This document shows, piece after piece, positions 17,614-27,148 of a stretch of 64,000 nucleotides of DNA; position 1 is the first letter of the stretch, and each line of letters opens with the position of its first letter. The position numbers and the translations under genes are program-made. Source of the DNA: Polyangiaceae bacterium (GTDB taxonomy: Bacteria > Myxococcota_A > Polyangia > Polyangiales > Polyangiaceae); NCBI GenBank assembly GCA_044376115.1, contig JBILLK010000026.1, positions 82,461 through 146,460 of the forward strand, in the 5' to 3' direction. Below the pieces are notes generated by a model, which saw only the letters and a program-made list of their open reading frames with translations, was not told the DNA's origin and did no database searches.

Positions 17614-19812
17614 TTAGTCAGACGCGGGCCCGGCGGAAACCAGCTGTACGAAAAAAGAACAGCCGCTCCCCGCGCCCTGGGACTCGACCCAAACTCGCCC
17701 ACCGTGCTGGTCAACGATGCGACGAACCAGCGCAAGGCCAACCCCGGTGCCCTCCGCCTTCGGGTCGAGCTTCTCGAATAGGCCAAAGATTTTATCGTGA
17801 TAACGCGGCTCGATCCCGATGCCGTTGTCCCGAACGAAGACGGTGGGCTTTGCCGCATCAGCCAAAACGCCAACCTCGATCCGCGGTTGCCCTTGGTTAC
17901 CAAGGTACTTCACCGCGTTCTCGATCAGGTTCTGGAAGACCTGCACCAGCTGCACGTGGTCGCCCAATACCCTGGGCAGCGACGGTGGGAGCTCAACCAC
18001 CACCCCGCGAGCTTGCACAGCACCCGCGAGAAGATCCATCACCTCGCGCAACACCTCGGCCAAGGCGATGTGCGCGGTCTTTGCCCCGACGCGGCCCACC
18101 CGCGATAGGTCGAGCAGGTCGCTCAACATGCCCGACATCTTTTCGGCAGCCGAGCGGATGCGCCCGAGATCCGACACGGCACGTTCGCGGTTTCCTTGTT
18201 CGAGGTCGCGTTCGAGCATGCCCAAAAAGCCGCGAATGGTGACGAGCGGGCTCTTGAGATCATGCGACACGGTGTAGGTGAATTGCTCCATCGCCGTGTT
18301 GCTGGCTTGTAGCTCGGCGATAAGCCGCTCACGCTCGGCTTCAGTCGCTTTGCGCTCGGTCACGTCCAGGGCGTAGCCACTGAAGACCACGCTGCCGTCC
18401 TCGAGCCGCCGCGGGAGCGCCGAGGTCTCCACCCAGCGCATCTCCGCGCCGGTGTGCAACACGCGGTGAACCGAACTCAGCCGCGTGAGCGAGTCGATCG
18501 ATTGGGCGACGCTCCGCGAGAGCTCGGCGACGTCCTCCGGATGAACGCGCTGGTAGAGGATGGTGCTATCGATAGCCAACTGCTCGGGCGTTACGCCGTA
18601 GAGTTCCTCCACGCCCTCGCTGACGAATAGAAAGGCGTTGCGCCCATCGGGGTAGATGCAGGATTGGAAGAAGAAGCCGGGCACCTGCGAGGCGATGTCC
18701 ACGAGGCGCTCTTGCGAGGCGCGCGCTTGCGCCTTGGCTTGGCGGAGATCGCTGATGTCGAACACGGTCATCGCCACGCGCGTCGGCTGACCAGGGACGC
18801 GGATGGGCGCCATGATGGTAGCGTTGTGACGGATGGTGCCATCGCTGGTGAGGCTTTCGAATTCGGTTGAAACGGCCTCTCCCGCGACGGCCCGAGCCAG
18901 CGCCGTACGTAGCGCCTCTCGCTGCTCGACTGGGACCCAAGAGCGCACGCTGGTGCCAATGATTGACTGAAGTGAAACGCCCGGGCGCGCACGGTTGAGG
19001 TACTCGATCGTACCGTCCGCGGTGGTCTCGAGGATGAAGGCCGGGGTGTGATCGGTGATGGCCTTGAGGCGCGCCTCATTGGTTCGTAGGGCCGCCTCTG
19101 CGCGGTGTTTTGCCGTGATGTTCAAGCCCAGGACGAGCCCATAGGCGACCTTGTGCTCGCCATCCAAAACCGGGACGTAGTGATAGTGGTACCAGCGGTC
19201 CTCGTAGGGCACCTCGACGTCTAGCTGCTCACCAGCGAGCGCCTTGCGCAAGAACGGCTCGACCATCTCGACGAACTCCTTGGGGAGCACATCGAAAACG
19301 GTGCGCCCCTCGATGCGCTCTTTGGAAAAGCCGGTGGCCTCTACCTCTGGCCCGTCCGCCAAGACGAAGCGCAGGTCATGGTCGTAGAGCAGGATCACAC
19401 TGCCGGGCAGGTTGCGGACCAGCAGCCGGTACTGGTTGCGCGCGAGCGCGAGACCCTCCGAAAGCGCTCGATGCGTGGTGATGTCGCGGATGGTGGCGAC
19501 GATCCGTGGCTCGCCTTGCAGCGTCGCCCGTACCAGGTGCACCTCGCTCCAACCGAGCACGCCATCGGGCCGCTTGTGCCGCCACTCGAAGGTGACCTCG
19601 CCTTGGCTGAGGGCCTGCTGCAGGTAATGTTGCGCTCGCTGCAGAGTGTAGCCCTCCTCCACCGCCGACCACTGCTCGATTGAACCTTGCAGCAAGGTCT
19701 CCATCGGCAGACCGAAGATCTTTACCGCAGCGGCGTTGGCGGCCACACAGTGGCCATCCTGACTGTGAACCGTTACCGCATCGCCAATCGCGTCAAACAG
19801 CTCACGGTCCAT
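17614..19812 (-). CDS. multi-PAS sensor histidine kinase (4 PAS, cytoplasmic)
   Basis: Four PAS/PAC segments ending in DIT-type motifs; SHDLKSPL H-box; NLIENAVKY, DNGIG, GTGVGL. Confidence 0.95.
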   Translation of the reverse strand: MDRELFDAIGDAVTVHSQDGHCVAANAAAVKIFGLPMETLLQGSIEQWSAVEEGYTLQRAQHYLQQALSQGEVTFEWRHKRPDGVLGWSEVHLVRATLQGEPRIVATIRDITTHRALSEGLALARNQYRLLVRNLPGSVILLYDHDLRFVLADGPEVEATGFSKERIEGRTVFDVLPKEFVEMVEPFLRKALAGEQLDVEVPYEDRWYHYHYVPVLDGEHKVAYGLVLGLNITAKHRAEAALRTNEARLKAITDHTPAFILETTADGTIEYLNRARPGVSLQSIIGTSVRSWVPVEQREALRTALARAVAGEAVSTEFESLTSDGTIRHNATIMAPIRVPGQPTRVAMTVFDISDLRQAKAQARASQERLVDIASQVPGFFFQSCIYPDGRNAFLFVSEGVEELYGVTPEQLAIDSTILYQRVHPEDVAELSRSVAQSIDSLTRLSSVHRVLHTGAEMRWVETSALPRRLEDGSVVFSGYALDVTERKATEAERERLIAELQASNTAMEQFTYTVSHDLKSPLVTIRGFLGMLERDLEQGNRERAVSDLGRIRSAAEKMSGMLSDLLDLSRVGRVGAKTAHIALAEVLREVMDLLAGAVQARGVVVELPPSLPRVLGDHVQLVQVFQNLIENAVKYLGNQGQPRIEVGVLADAAKPTVFVRDNGIGIEPRYHDKIFGLFEKLDPKAEGTGVGLALVRRIVDQHGGRVWVESQGAGSGCSFFVQLVSAGPASD

Positions 19813-19839
19813 GTTTGCCCTCCTAACGTCAGCTAGCGT

Positions 19840-21576
19840 TCAACGCCCCAATAGCCGCTTTGGCGCCTGCACGAGGAGGCTGAACAGCGCCCCGATACGG
19901 CCGAAGAAGCCAGCTCCACCGCGCAACCGCGCCATGGCGAATACGAGCTTACGCAGCGTGGGCGTGTACGGATACCACCATACGTCCGGCCGGCCGCTGC
20001 GATCCTCGAGTTCGAAGCGAACCTGCACCAAGGCCGAGAGCGCGTGCGGGCTGTTGGTGATGCCGTGGCCCGAGAGGCCGGTGCCCGTCCACGGTGCGCC
20101 GGGCAAAGCCGCTGTGAAGGCGTGGTTGTTGATGGTGACGACGCCGCTCTTCAGCTGCGTGAAGAACTTGCGCGCGCGACGCACATGTTTGGTCCACACG
20201 CTGGTGGTCAAGCCGAAGGCGCTGCGGTTGGCTGCGGCTACCGCCGCCTCGGCGTCGGGTACCACCACGATCGGAAGCAGCGGGCCGAAGCTCTCCTCCA
20301 ACATCAGCGGCAGCCCGAGCTGAGCCTCGGTGAGCTTGAGCACGGTGGGCGCAAAGGCGAGCGTGGCCTCATCGTAGCTGCCACCGGCCAGCACCTCGGC
20401 TCCGGCCGCGCGCGCGCCCTCGAGATGGCCCGCGGCCAAACGCAGCTGCGCCAAGGTGGTCATGCGACCGAGGTCACTCGGCGTGAGCGCGGCGGTCAGC
20501 TCGACCACGCGCTTGATGAACCGCTCGGCGATCGGCGCTTCAACGAAGACGCGCTCGATCGAGGCGCAGTTCTGGCCGTGATTGGTGAAGGCTCCCCACA
20601 CCACGCCGCGCGCGCTGCGCTCGAGGTTGGCGTCCTTGAGGACGATGGCTGCGTCTTTACCGCCGAGCTCGAGCGAGCAAGGCAGCAGGCGCTCTGCGCA
20701 GCGAACCGCGATGCTTTTGCCGGTTTTGACGCTGCCGGTGAAGACCACCAGATCGATCTCGGCGTCCACCAGCTCTTGCCCGGCCGATGGGCCTCCTTCA
20801 ATCAGCGTGAGCACGCCGGGCGGTAGACCATCAAACAGCGCAGCCACGAGCTTGTTGCTTTCCGGCGTCACCTCGCTGGGCTTCCACAACACAACATTGC
20901 CGACGAGCAAGGCCGGAATCAGCGTACGCAGCGGGATCGCCACGGGGTAGTTCCAGGGCGTGATCAGCGCCACGACACCGCGTGGATCTTGACGAATACG
21001 GCCGGATTTACCGGGGTAGTCGGTGCCGTTCATCGCGATCGGAGCGGGCTCGAGCAGCTCCTCCATCACCTCGCACCAGTAGCCCACGAGATCGGCGTTG
21101 GGCAGCACCTCGGAGAGCACCGCCTCTTCGATCGGCTTGCCGACTTCTCGCTGCACCGTCTGCGCGATCAGCTCGGCGCGCTCGAGGATGCGCTTGGCGA
21201 CCGGCCGCAACGCCGCGATGCGCTTGCGCACCGAGAGCGCCGCCCAGGCTCGGCTGCCTTCACGAGCGCGCACCACGAGTTGGGCGGTGGTCAGCGGAGC
21301 CGCCGGTGCAAGCAGCGCAGCCGGGGCAACCACCGGGACGGGAGCCGCTGAGGCAACGGCTGGAGCCGGAGACGCGAGGACGGCGGTCGCGACCACGGGC
21401 TCGGCGGCAACGGTAGCCACAGGATTCGCCGCCGCTGCAGCCGATGCAGGCTCGCCCCGCGTTGCAGCCAGCGCCGGTTCCGCTGGGGCAGGACCGTGGC
21501 TCTCGGGCAGCACCGAAGCTCCCGGTTCCGCGTTGGACGTGGACGGATCGACCGGGTGGGGTTCTTCTGCGCTCAT
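19840..21576 (-). CDS. aldehyde dehydrogenase with Pro/Ala-rich N-terminal extension
   Basis: ITPWNYP, KPSE, FTGS, LELGGK, GQNCAS (catalytic Cys), EESFGP. Confidence 0.93.
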   Translation of the reverse strand: MSAEEPHPVDPSTSNAEPGASVLPESHGPAPAEPALAATRGEPASAAAAANPVATVAAEPVVATAVLASPAPAVASAAPVPVVAPAALLAPAAPLTTAQLVVRAREGSRAWAALSVRKRIAALRPVAKRILERAELIAQTVQREVGKPIEEAVLSEVLPNADLVGYWCEVMEELLEPAPIAMNGTDYPGKSGRIRQDPRGVVALITPWNYPVAIPLRTLIPALLVGNVVLWKPSEVTPESNKLVAALFDGLPPGVLTLIEGGPSAGQELVDAEIDLVVFTGSVKTGKSIAVRCAERLLPCSLELGGKDAAIVLKDANLERSARGVVWGAFTNHGQNCASIERVFVEAPIAERFIKRVVELTAALTPSDLGRMTTLAQLRLAAGHLEGARAAGAEVLAGGSYDEATLAFAPTVLKLTEAQLGLPLMLEESFGPLLPIVVVPDAEAAVAAANRSAFGLTTSVWTKHVRRARKFFTQLKSGVVTINNHAFTAALPGAPWTGTGLSGHGITNSPHALSALVQVRFELEDRSGRPDVWWYPYTPTLRKLVFAMARLRGGAGFFGRIGALFSLLVQAPKRLLGR

Positions 21577-21703
21577 TCGGCCCGCTCGGCGTAGCAACGT
21601 TCCCAAAGCGCGGTCAAGCAGCGGATGGGGGTGCGGATTTCTTCCTCGTGAAGTGACGACGTTCGGGCAAGGAGGTAAGGTCCGGCCAAAGGCTAGTTCT
21701 GAG

Positions 21704-23902
21704 ATGTCCAGTTTGTCTTTGTGGCCGCGGCTGACGTGGCTCCGTAACGCTCGCCGGGTTCGGCCCAGGACGAAACCGCCCTACGGAGCTCTCACCGGAG
21801 CCCTGCTCGGACCGATGGCAGCCGTCGATGTTGCGCTCGGAGGTGAACAGGTCACCACCAAAACCATCGTCTGGGCGCTGACCATCGGCTTGGGAGCCGG
21901 CCTGGTGATCGGCGCGCTGGGTGGAGCCTTGTTGCAAGCGATCGGCCGCCGCTCCTTGTGGTTGCCGGTGCTGGTGTGGCTGCTCGCGGGAGGCGCCGTC
22001 GCAGGCTGGCTGATCGAGGACCTCAACGTGATCAGCCTGCTCGATACGCGCGAACGCAAGCTCGCGTTGCTGGCGCTCGGCGGCAGCGTCGCGCTCGGGG
22101 TGGCGCTGTTCACCGGCGGGCTGCTGCTGCAACCGCGGCCTCGCTACCCGCAGGGCTATCTCGGTAGTCTGCGGCTCGGTTACCGCCTGCTCGGGACGCT
22201 CGCCTTCTTGGTTTTTGCCGCGGGGGCCGTGTGGGCGGATCGCACGCAATTCGTTGGGACCTACCCGGGCGCGCATCAGGCCCTGCGCTGGACGGGGCTG
22301 CTTGCGGCGATCACCAGCGCAGTGACGCTGCTTCCGCGCGTCTCGATCAAAGGACCGTTCGGCGGCTTGCTCAAGACCGTGACGGCGGCCGCTGTGCTGT
22401 ATCCCTTCTTGACCGTGAAGCAGACCGACTACAGCGAACTCTCGGCGCTGCTCGAGCAACCGTATTCGCGGCTGTCGCTCAAGTTGGTGCGCAACGTCGG
22501 AGACCCGGACGTGGACGGCTATTCGATGTTCCTCGGTGGCGGTGATTGCGCGCCCTTCAATCGCAAGGTGAACCCCGGCGCGCCGGAGATCCCGGGCAAC
22601 GGCATCGACGACAATTGTCGTTGGGGCGACGCTGCGCAGCGCGGCGGCGTCACCGACCCAGCCACGGTTCCGGTGCCTAGCACTCCGAGTCCGATGTCGG
22701 TGGTGGTGATCACCATCGACACGCTGCGTGCCGATCGCATGAGCGCTTACGGCGCCCAACGCGACACCACGCCGGCGATCAAAGAATGGGCGAACAAGAA
22801 GGGTATTCGCTTCAACAAGGCGATCACCCCGGGCGGCTGGACGAGCCTTGCGCTCTCTTCGCTCTTCCGCGGCGTTTACCCGCGGCGGCTGACCTGGACG
22901 CGCCTCTACGAGACCAACAAATATCGGCTGCTGCGCGCGCCAGTCGAGGAGAAGCTCGAGCCCGGCGAGAAGTCGAAGAAGCAGTTCGGTATGCCGCTCG
23001 AGGATGAGCCGCGCAAGCCGCTCGCGTGGTGGTTGCAACGCCGTGGGATGCAAACCGTGGCCGTAACCGATGACGGCTTCTCCGAGTTCCTCTCGCCGGA
23101 AAACGGGATGGACAACGGCTACGACGTCTTCTCCGAGGTGGACAGCCTGCCCAAGGCCAAACAGGACGACAACGGCACCGCGGATGAGGCCATCAAGCAG
23201 ATGGAAGCGCTCTCGCCCGACAAACCCTTCTTCATGTGGGTTCACTTCTTTGGGCCGCACAACCCAAGCAAGGTCCACAGCGGCGTGAAGAAATTCGGCG
23301 AGTCGGCGATGGACAAATACGACCACGAGATTCGCTTTGCCGATGAGCAGGTCGGCCGCCTACTCAAGGCGATCGACGCACAAAAAGGCCGTAAAGTGGC
23401 TGTGATCCTGACCGCCGACCATGGCGAGAGCGTGCAGGGCAACGGCCGCAACCACGGTGGCAACATCTCCGAGGGCATCCTCAACATCCCGCTGATCCTC
23501 TCGGTTCCGGGCATGAAGGCGCGCACCTCCGAGAACGTCGTGAGCTTGGTAGACATCATGCCCACCGTGCTCGCGCTCACCGAGACCCCAGCGCCACCGG
23601 AGCTCGACGGCCGCGACCTACGTGACATCCTCGCCGACCCGGAGGACCAAAAGCGCATCGTCTTCAGCGAGACGTGGCAGTTCGGACAAGATGGTGAGCC
23701 GAAGGGCGACCAAATCGCCGCCAGCGACGGCGAATACAAGCTCGAATGGAACCTCGACAACGAGGCCAAGAAGCTCTGGCGGCGTTCAGACAAGGACAAA
23801 CCCAAGAAGCCCAACCTGCTCGGACAGGTCGCAGTGCCCGAGCTGGAGCAAGCCCTGAATACCTATTTAGAGGAGAATAGTAGCGTAAAGTTAGTGGACT
23901 AA
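21704..23902 (+). CDS. membrane-anchored sulfatase-like hydrolase/transferase with MopE-like Cys motif
   Basis: About 7 N-terminal TM helices; DC...NPGAPEIPGNGIDDNC; IDTLRAD, WVHFFGPH, YDHEI, TADHGE; start estimated. Confidence 0.85.
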   Translation: MSSLSLWPRLTWLRNARRVRPRTKPPYGALTGALLGPMAAVDVALGGEQVTTKTIVWALTIGLGAGLVIGALGGALLQAIGRRSLWLPVLVWLLAGGAVAGWLIEDLNVISLLDTRERKLALLALGGSVALGVALFTGGLLLQPRPRYPQGYLGSLRLGYRLLGTLAFLVFAAGAVWADRTQFVGTYPGAHQALRWTGLLAAITSAVTLLPRVSIKGPFGGLLKTVTAAAVLYPFLTVKQTDYSELSALLEQPYSRLSLKLVRNVGDPDVDGYSMFLGGGDCAPFNRKVNPGAPEIPGNGIDDNCRWGDAAQRGGVTDPATVPVPSTPSPMSVVVITIDTLRADRMSAYGAQRDTTPAIKEWANKKGIRFNKAITPGGWTSLALSSLFRGVYPRRLTWTRLYETNKYRLLRAPVEEKLEPGEKSKKQFGMPLEDEPRKPLAWWLQRRGMQTVAVTDDGFSEFLSPENGMDNGYDVFSEVDSLPKAKQDDNGTADEAIKQMEALSPDKPFFMWVHFFGPHNPSKVHSGVKKFGESAMDKYDHEIRFADEQVGRLLKAIDAQKGRKVAVILTADHGESVQGNGRNHGGNISEGILNIPLILSVPGMKARTSENVVSLVDIMPTVLALTETPAPPELDGRDLRDILADPEDQKRIVFSETWQFGQDGEPKGDQIAASDGEYKLEWNLDNEAKKLWRRSDKDKPKKPNLLGQVAVPELEQALNTYLEENSSVKLVD

Positions 23903-23924
23903 CCGCGTACCAAGTCGCGGCTCT

Positions 23925-24980
23925 TCACACCGACTTTACGGGCCTTCCTGCAACTTCAGTCGAGGCCAGCACCGCCGCGAGACGCTCGGTGCCACGTCGA
24001 GTGGAAGCGTCATCGAGCAGGTGCGGAAAGAGCACCGCCGCCTCGGCCAGCTCGCCAAACAAGCGCCGCAAGCTCTCCCGTTGAACCTGCTCGCGCACGG
24101 CGCGGCGGGCGCCTGCAACGAGGGCGCTCTCGACGCCCTGCTCGGCCAGCTCGGCGGCGCGCAACTTGAGCAAATCGGGCCGCGTCGCGAATAGCGCCTG
24201 CTCTTCATCGCTGAAGATGGGCGGTAGCACCGCGTTCACGAACAGCTGCAAGACGCTCATCTTCAGCTCACCGCGAATGGCCGTGACGAGCTCCACCGTC
24301 TCGGTCACCGGCATCTCCTCGGGCAGCGTGACCACGACGATGCCGGTGCGCTCGGCGTCGCGGAACATCTCGGTGGCGCGCTGGGCGTCACGACGCAGCA
24401 CGCCTGGAGGAGCCACCTCGAGGATGATGTTAGGCACGCGCAACATGTCGAGCCCATGGCCGGTGGCCGGCGCGTCGAAGATCACCACGTCAAAGCGGTT
24501 GCGCCCGTCAGGGCCTTGCTCGGTGGTGTGAAACCACGCTTTGCCGAGCATGGCCCATTCATGCAGGCCCGGCACGGCCCGCAAGAAAGCCTTGATGTAC
24601 TCGTTGCCGAAGACCGCGTTGGAGATTGTCTTCACCTTCAGCACCAGCTCGCCGTACTCGGCCAGGGCCAGGCCAGGGTGAATGTTCACCGCTGAAACAC
24701 CGGGCAAACACTCCATCACCTGATCACCGATGGGCCGGGTGCCGAGCACCGAACTGAGGCGCTCTTTGGTGTTGCACATGGTGATGAGCACGCGTTTGCC
24801 CGAGCGCGCCAAGGCCAGCGCGGTTGCCGCCGCGGTGGTGGTTTTGCCGACGCCGCCCTTGCCGGTGAAGAACAGGAAGCGACGCTTGGCGAGCTCCGCG
24901 AGAGGGCCCGGCGTCAAAACGCCCCCAATTTCAGGGAGAAGGCCGGAGGCCAGCTGGCTCATGAAAGGGTCGGACGACAC
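23925..24980 (-). CDS. ArsA/Get3-family ATPase, single domain
   Basis: GKGGVGKTT deviant Walker A; PGLHE; DAPATGH switch II; LPEEMPVTE. Confidence 0.9.
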   Translation of the reverse strand: MSSDPFMSQLASGLLPEIGGVLTPGPLAELAKRRFLFFTGKGGVGKTTTAAATALALARSGKRVLITMCNTKERLSSVLGTRPIGDQVMECLPGVSAVNIHPGLALAEYGELVLKVKTISNAVFGNEYIKAFLRAVPGLHEWAMLGKAWFHTTEQGPDGRNRFDVVIFDAPATGHGLDMLRVPNIILEVAPPGVLRRDAQRATEMFRDAERTGIVVVTLPEEMPVTETVELVTAIRGELKMSVLQLFVNAVLPPIFSDEEQALFATRPDLLKLRAAELAEQGVESALVAGARRAVREQVQRESLRRLFGELAEAAVLFPHLLDDASTRRGTERLAAVLASTEVAGRPVKSV

Positions 24981-25041
24981 GAGGGGTACAGCCTAGTTCA
25001 ACCCAAGCTGGGCGCAGCAAACAGATTGACGCTGCAGCCGC

Positions 25042-25542
25042 TTACCGCCTGGAAACGGTTGCGTTGTTGAAGTGAAACCAAGGGGCGAGCTTTTCTGCCA
25101 AGCCGGCCGCGGTTCCGGCGATGGGGAGCTCGGTCGTGCGCAGCAAGATGGTACGGGCCAACACCTCGCGAACGCCCGATTCGGCTGCAACCCGCGAAAG
25201 CAATAGCTCATGGGCCGCCTCGCCCATCGGCGAGAGTGGCATGACGATGGGCACCTCCGCCAGCGCAGGAACCTGAGCTACCAGGGCGAGAACCTCGAGC
25301 CCGTTCACCGGTTGCCCATCGGAGTCACGATGCGCGTTGAAAGGGATCAGCAGCAACTCCGCTTCGATCTGCTCCAAACGGCGCCGCACCTCACGGTTGC
25401 TCAACTTTGAGGGGATGAAGCGCTCGCGTTCGACGCTGAACCCGAGTGACTCGAGCAACGAAAACACCCGTTCACGAATGTGAACCGCGTAAGGCCGAAT
25501 AGGCATGACCCGACACGTTGCTTTGTGCGCCCCCTGCACCAT
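25042..25542 (-). CDS. hypothetical protein, degenerate receiver-like domain
   Basis: ELLLIPF...NGLEVLALVAQVPALAEVPIVM resembles REC beta3-alpha3-beta4. Confidence 0.6.
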   Translation of the reverse strand: MVQGAHKATCRVMPIRPYAVHIRERVFSLLESLGFSVERERFIPSKLSNREVRRRLEQIEAELLLIPFNAHRDSDGQPVNGLEVLALVAQVPALAEVPIVMPLSPMGEAAHELLLSRVAAESGVREVLARTILLRTTELPIAGTAAGLAEKLAPWFHFNNATVSRR

Positions 25543-25643
25543 TGCACCGTCACGTTAGTGCACACGGCCGAGCTGACGCCAGGACTGACTTGACGATCTC
25601 TCGAGCAGGTCGAGAAGAACGGAGCGGGAGCCGACGCCATGCG

Positions 25644-27146
25644 GTGCATCTACGACGAGCACCAACGCAACCAGACAGGGTAAGCTCGGGATACTTGCAC
25701 TCGAGGTCCAACACGCCGCAGAAGATTGGCCGCTATGACGTCGCTGGGCTGCTCGCCACCGGCGGGATGGCGGAGCTGTTCTTGGCCAGCCAAAGCGGGC
25801 CCAGCGGCTTCGAACGGCCGGTGGTGATCAAGCGCATTCTGCCGCACCTCGCGCGGGAGCAATCGTTCCGCGACATGTTCCTCGACGAAGCGCGGCTGGT
25901 GGTCAACATCCGCCACCCCAACGTCGTCCAGGTGCACGAGCTCGGGGATGACCGCGGCGAGATCTTCTTGGTCATGGAGTACCTCGAGGGGGAGAGCCTT
26001 TCGATGGTGAGCAAACGGCTGAGCCAGGTCGGTGAAACGCTACCGCCCCGCGCCGTCGCACACATCTTGGCCGAGGCCTGCGCGGGCCTGCACGCGGCCC
26101 ATGAGCTAACCAACGCTGGTCGCTCGCTCGGGCTCGTTCACCGCGACGTCTCTCCGCACAACCTGTTCATCCTGTACAGCGGCCAAGCCAAGGTGATCGA
26201 CTTCGGCATCGCCAAATCCGGAGACCGTACGAGCAAGACGCAGACGGGCACGGTCAAAGGCAAATTCGCTTATATGGCCCCGGAGCAGGTCAAAGCGGAA
26301 GACGTAGACCGCCGCGCGGACGTCTTCGCGCTGGGCGTGATCCTGCATGAGCTGCTCACCGGCAAACCGCTGTTTGCGCGGGCCAATGATCTGCTGGTGA
26401 TGCAGGCTGTCTGCCTCGAGCCGGTGCCACCGCCTAGCGCCTTTTGCGCCGAGGTGGATCCGGAGCTCGAGCGCATCGCGATGAAGGCTCTTTCGCGCTC
26501 ACGTGAGGAGCGTTACCCAACCGCGCAGGCGATGCGCCGAGAGCTAGTGACGGCGCTGCAGCGGTTGAGCGCCGAGAGTGAGAGTCCGGAGCTAGCGGAC
26601 GAAGAGTTGGCCAGCGTGATGCGCGCTCACTTCGCCGACCGTGTCGCGCGCAAAGCCGAAATGCTGGCCCGTGTACGTGAAGGCAGGACGCTCACTCGCA
26701 TCGTCGGTGGGGAAACCGACATCGTGCTCAGCGCTGAGGCCGCCTCGCAAGCGAGCGGCACGGGCAGTCCTGGCCAGGTCCTTTCACTGCGACCAGCGGC
26801 ACCTTCGCGCAAGCTGCCGGTGGCGCTGAGCGCCGCTGTGGTGATGAGCATCGGCATCGCGGTGGGCATCTACGCCAGCCGCGAAGAGGCGCCGGGCTCG
26901 CTCGGCGCCCCAGCCAGCGCGCCTGCCGAATCAGCGCCAGCGCCGCGCGCAACAACGCCGGGAAGCCCACAGCCGGTCAAGAGCGTTGAGCCGGTGGTGC
27001 CCAGCTCTTCCATCGCCAGCGCCGCGAGCAGCGTAAGCACGGCCTCGCCGTCAACCACGAGCATTGCGCGCCCGCTACCTCGGCCCGTTGCAACCCCGCC
27101 CACGCCAGTCAGCAAACCGACCTCCGGCTTCGGCCGCTTCGATTGA
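25644..27146 (+). CDS. transmembrane Ser/Thr protein kinase
   Basis: LATGGMAE, VVIK, HRDVSPHN, DFG, YMAPE; TM helix then Pro/Ser-rich tail ending GFGRFD; start uncertain (GTG 25644 or TTG 25695). Confidence 0.92.
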   Translation: MHLRRAPTQPDRVSSGYLHSRSNTPQKIGRYDVAGLLATGGMAELFLASQSGPSGFERPVVIKRILPHLAREQSFRDMFLDEARLVVNIRHPNVVQVHELGDDRGEIFLVMEYLEGESLSMVSKRLSQVGETLPPRAVAHILAEACAGLHAAHELTNAGRSLGLVHRDVSPHNLFILYSGQAKVIDFGIAKSGDRTSKTQTGTVKGKFAYMAPEQVKAEDVDRRADVFALGVILHELLTGKPLFARANDLLVMQAVCLEPVPPPSAFCAEVDPELERIAMKALSRSREERYPTAQAMRRELVTALQRLSAESESPELADEELASVMRAHFADRVARKAEMLARVREGRTLTRIVGGETDIVLSAEAASQASGTGSPGQVLSLRPAAPSRKLPVALSAAVVMSIGIAVGIYASREEAPGSLGAPASAPAESAPAPRATTPGSPQPVKSVEPVVPSSSIASAASSVSTASPSTTSIARPLPRPVATPPTPVSKPTSGFGRFD

Positions 27147-27148
27147 GT

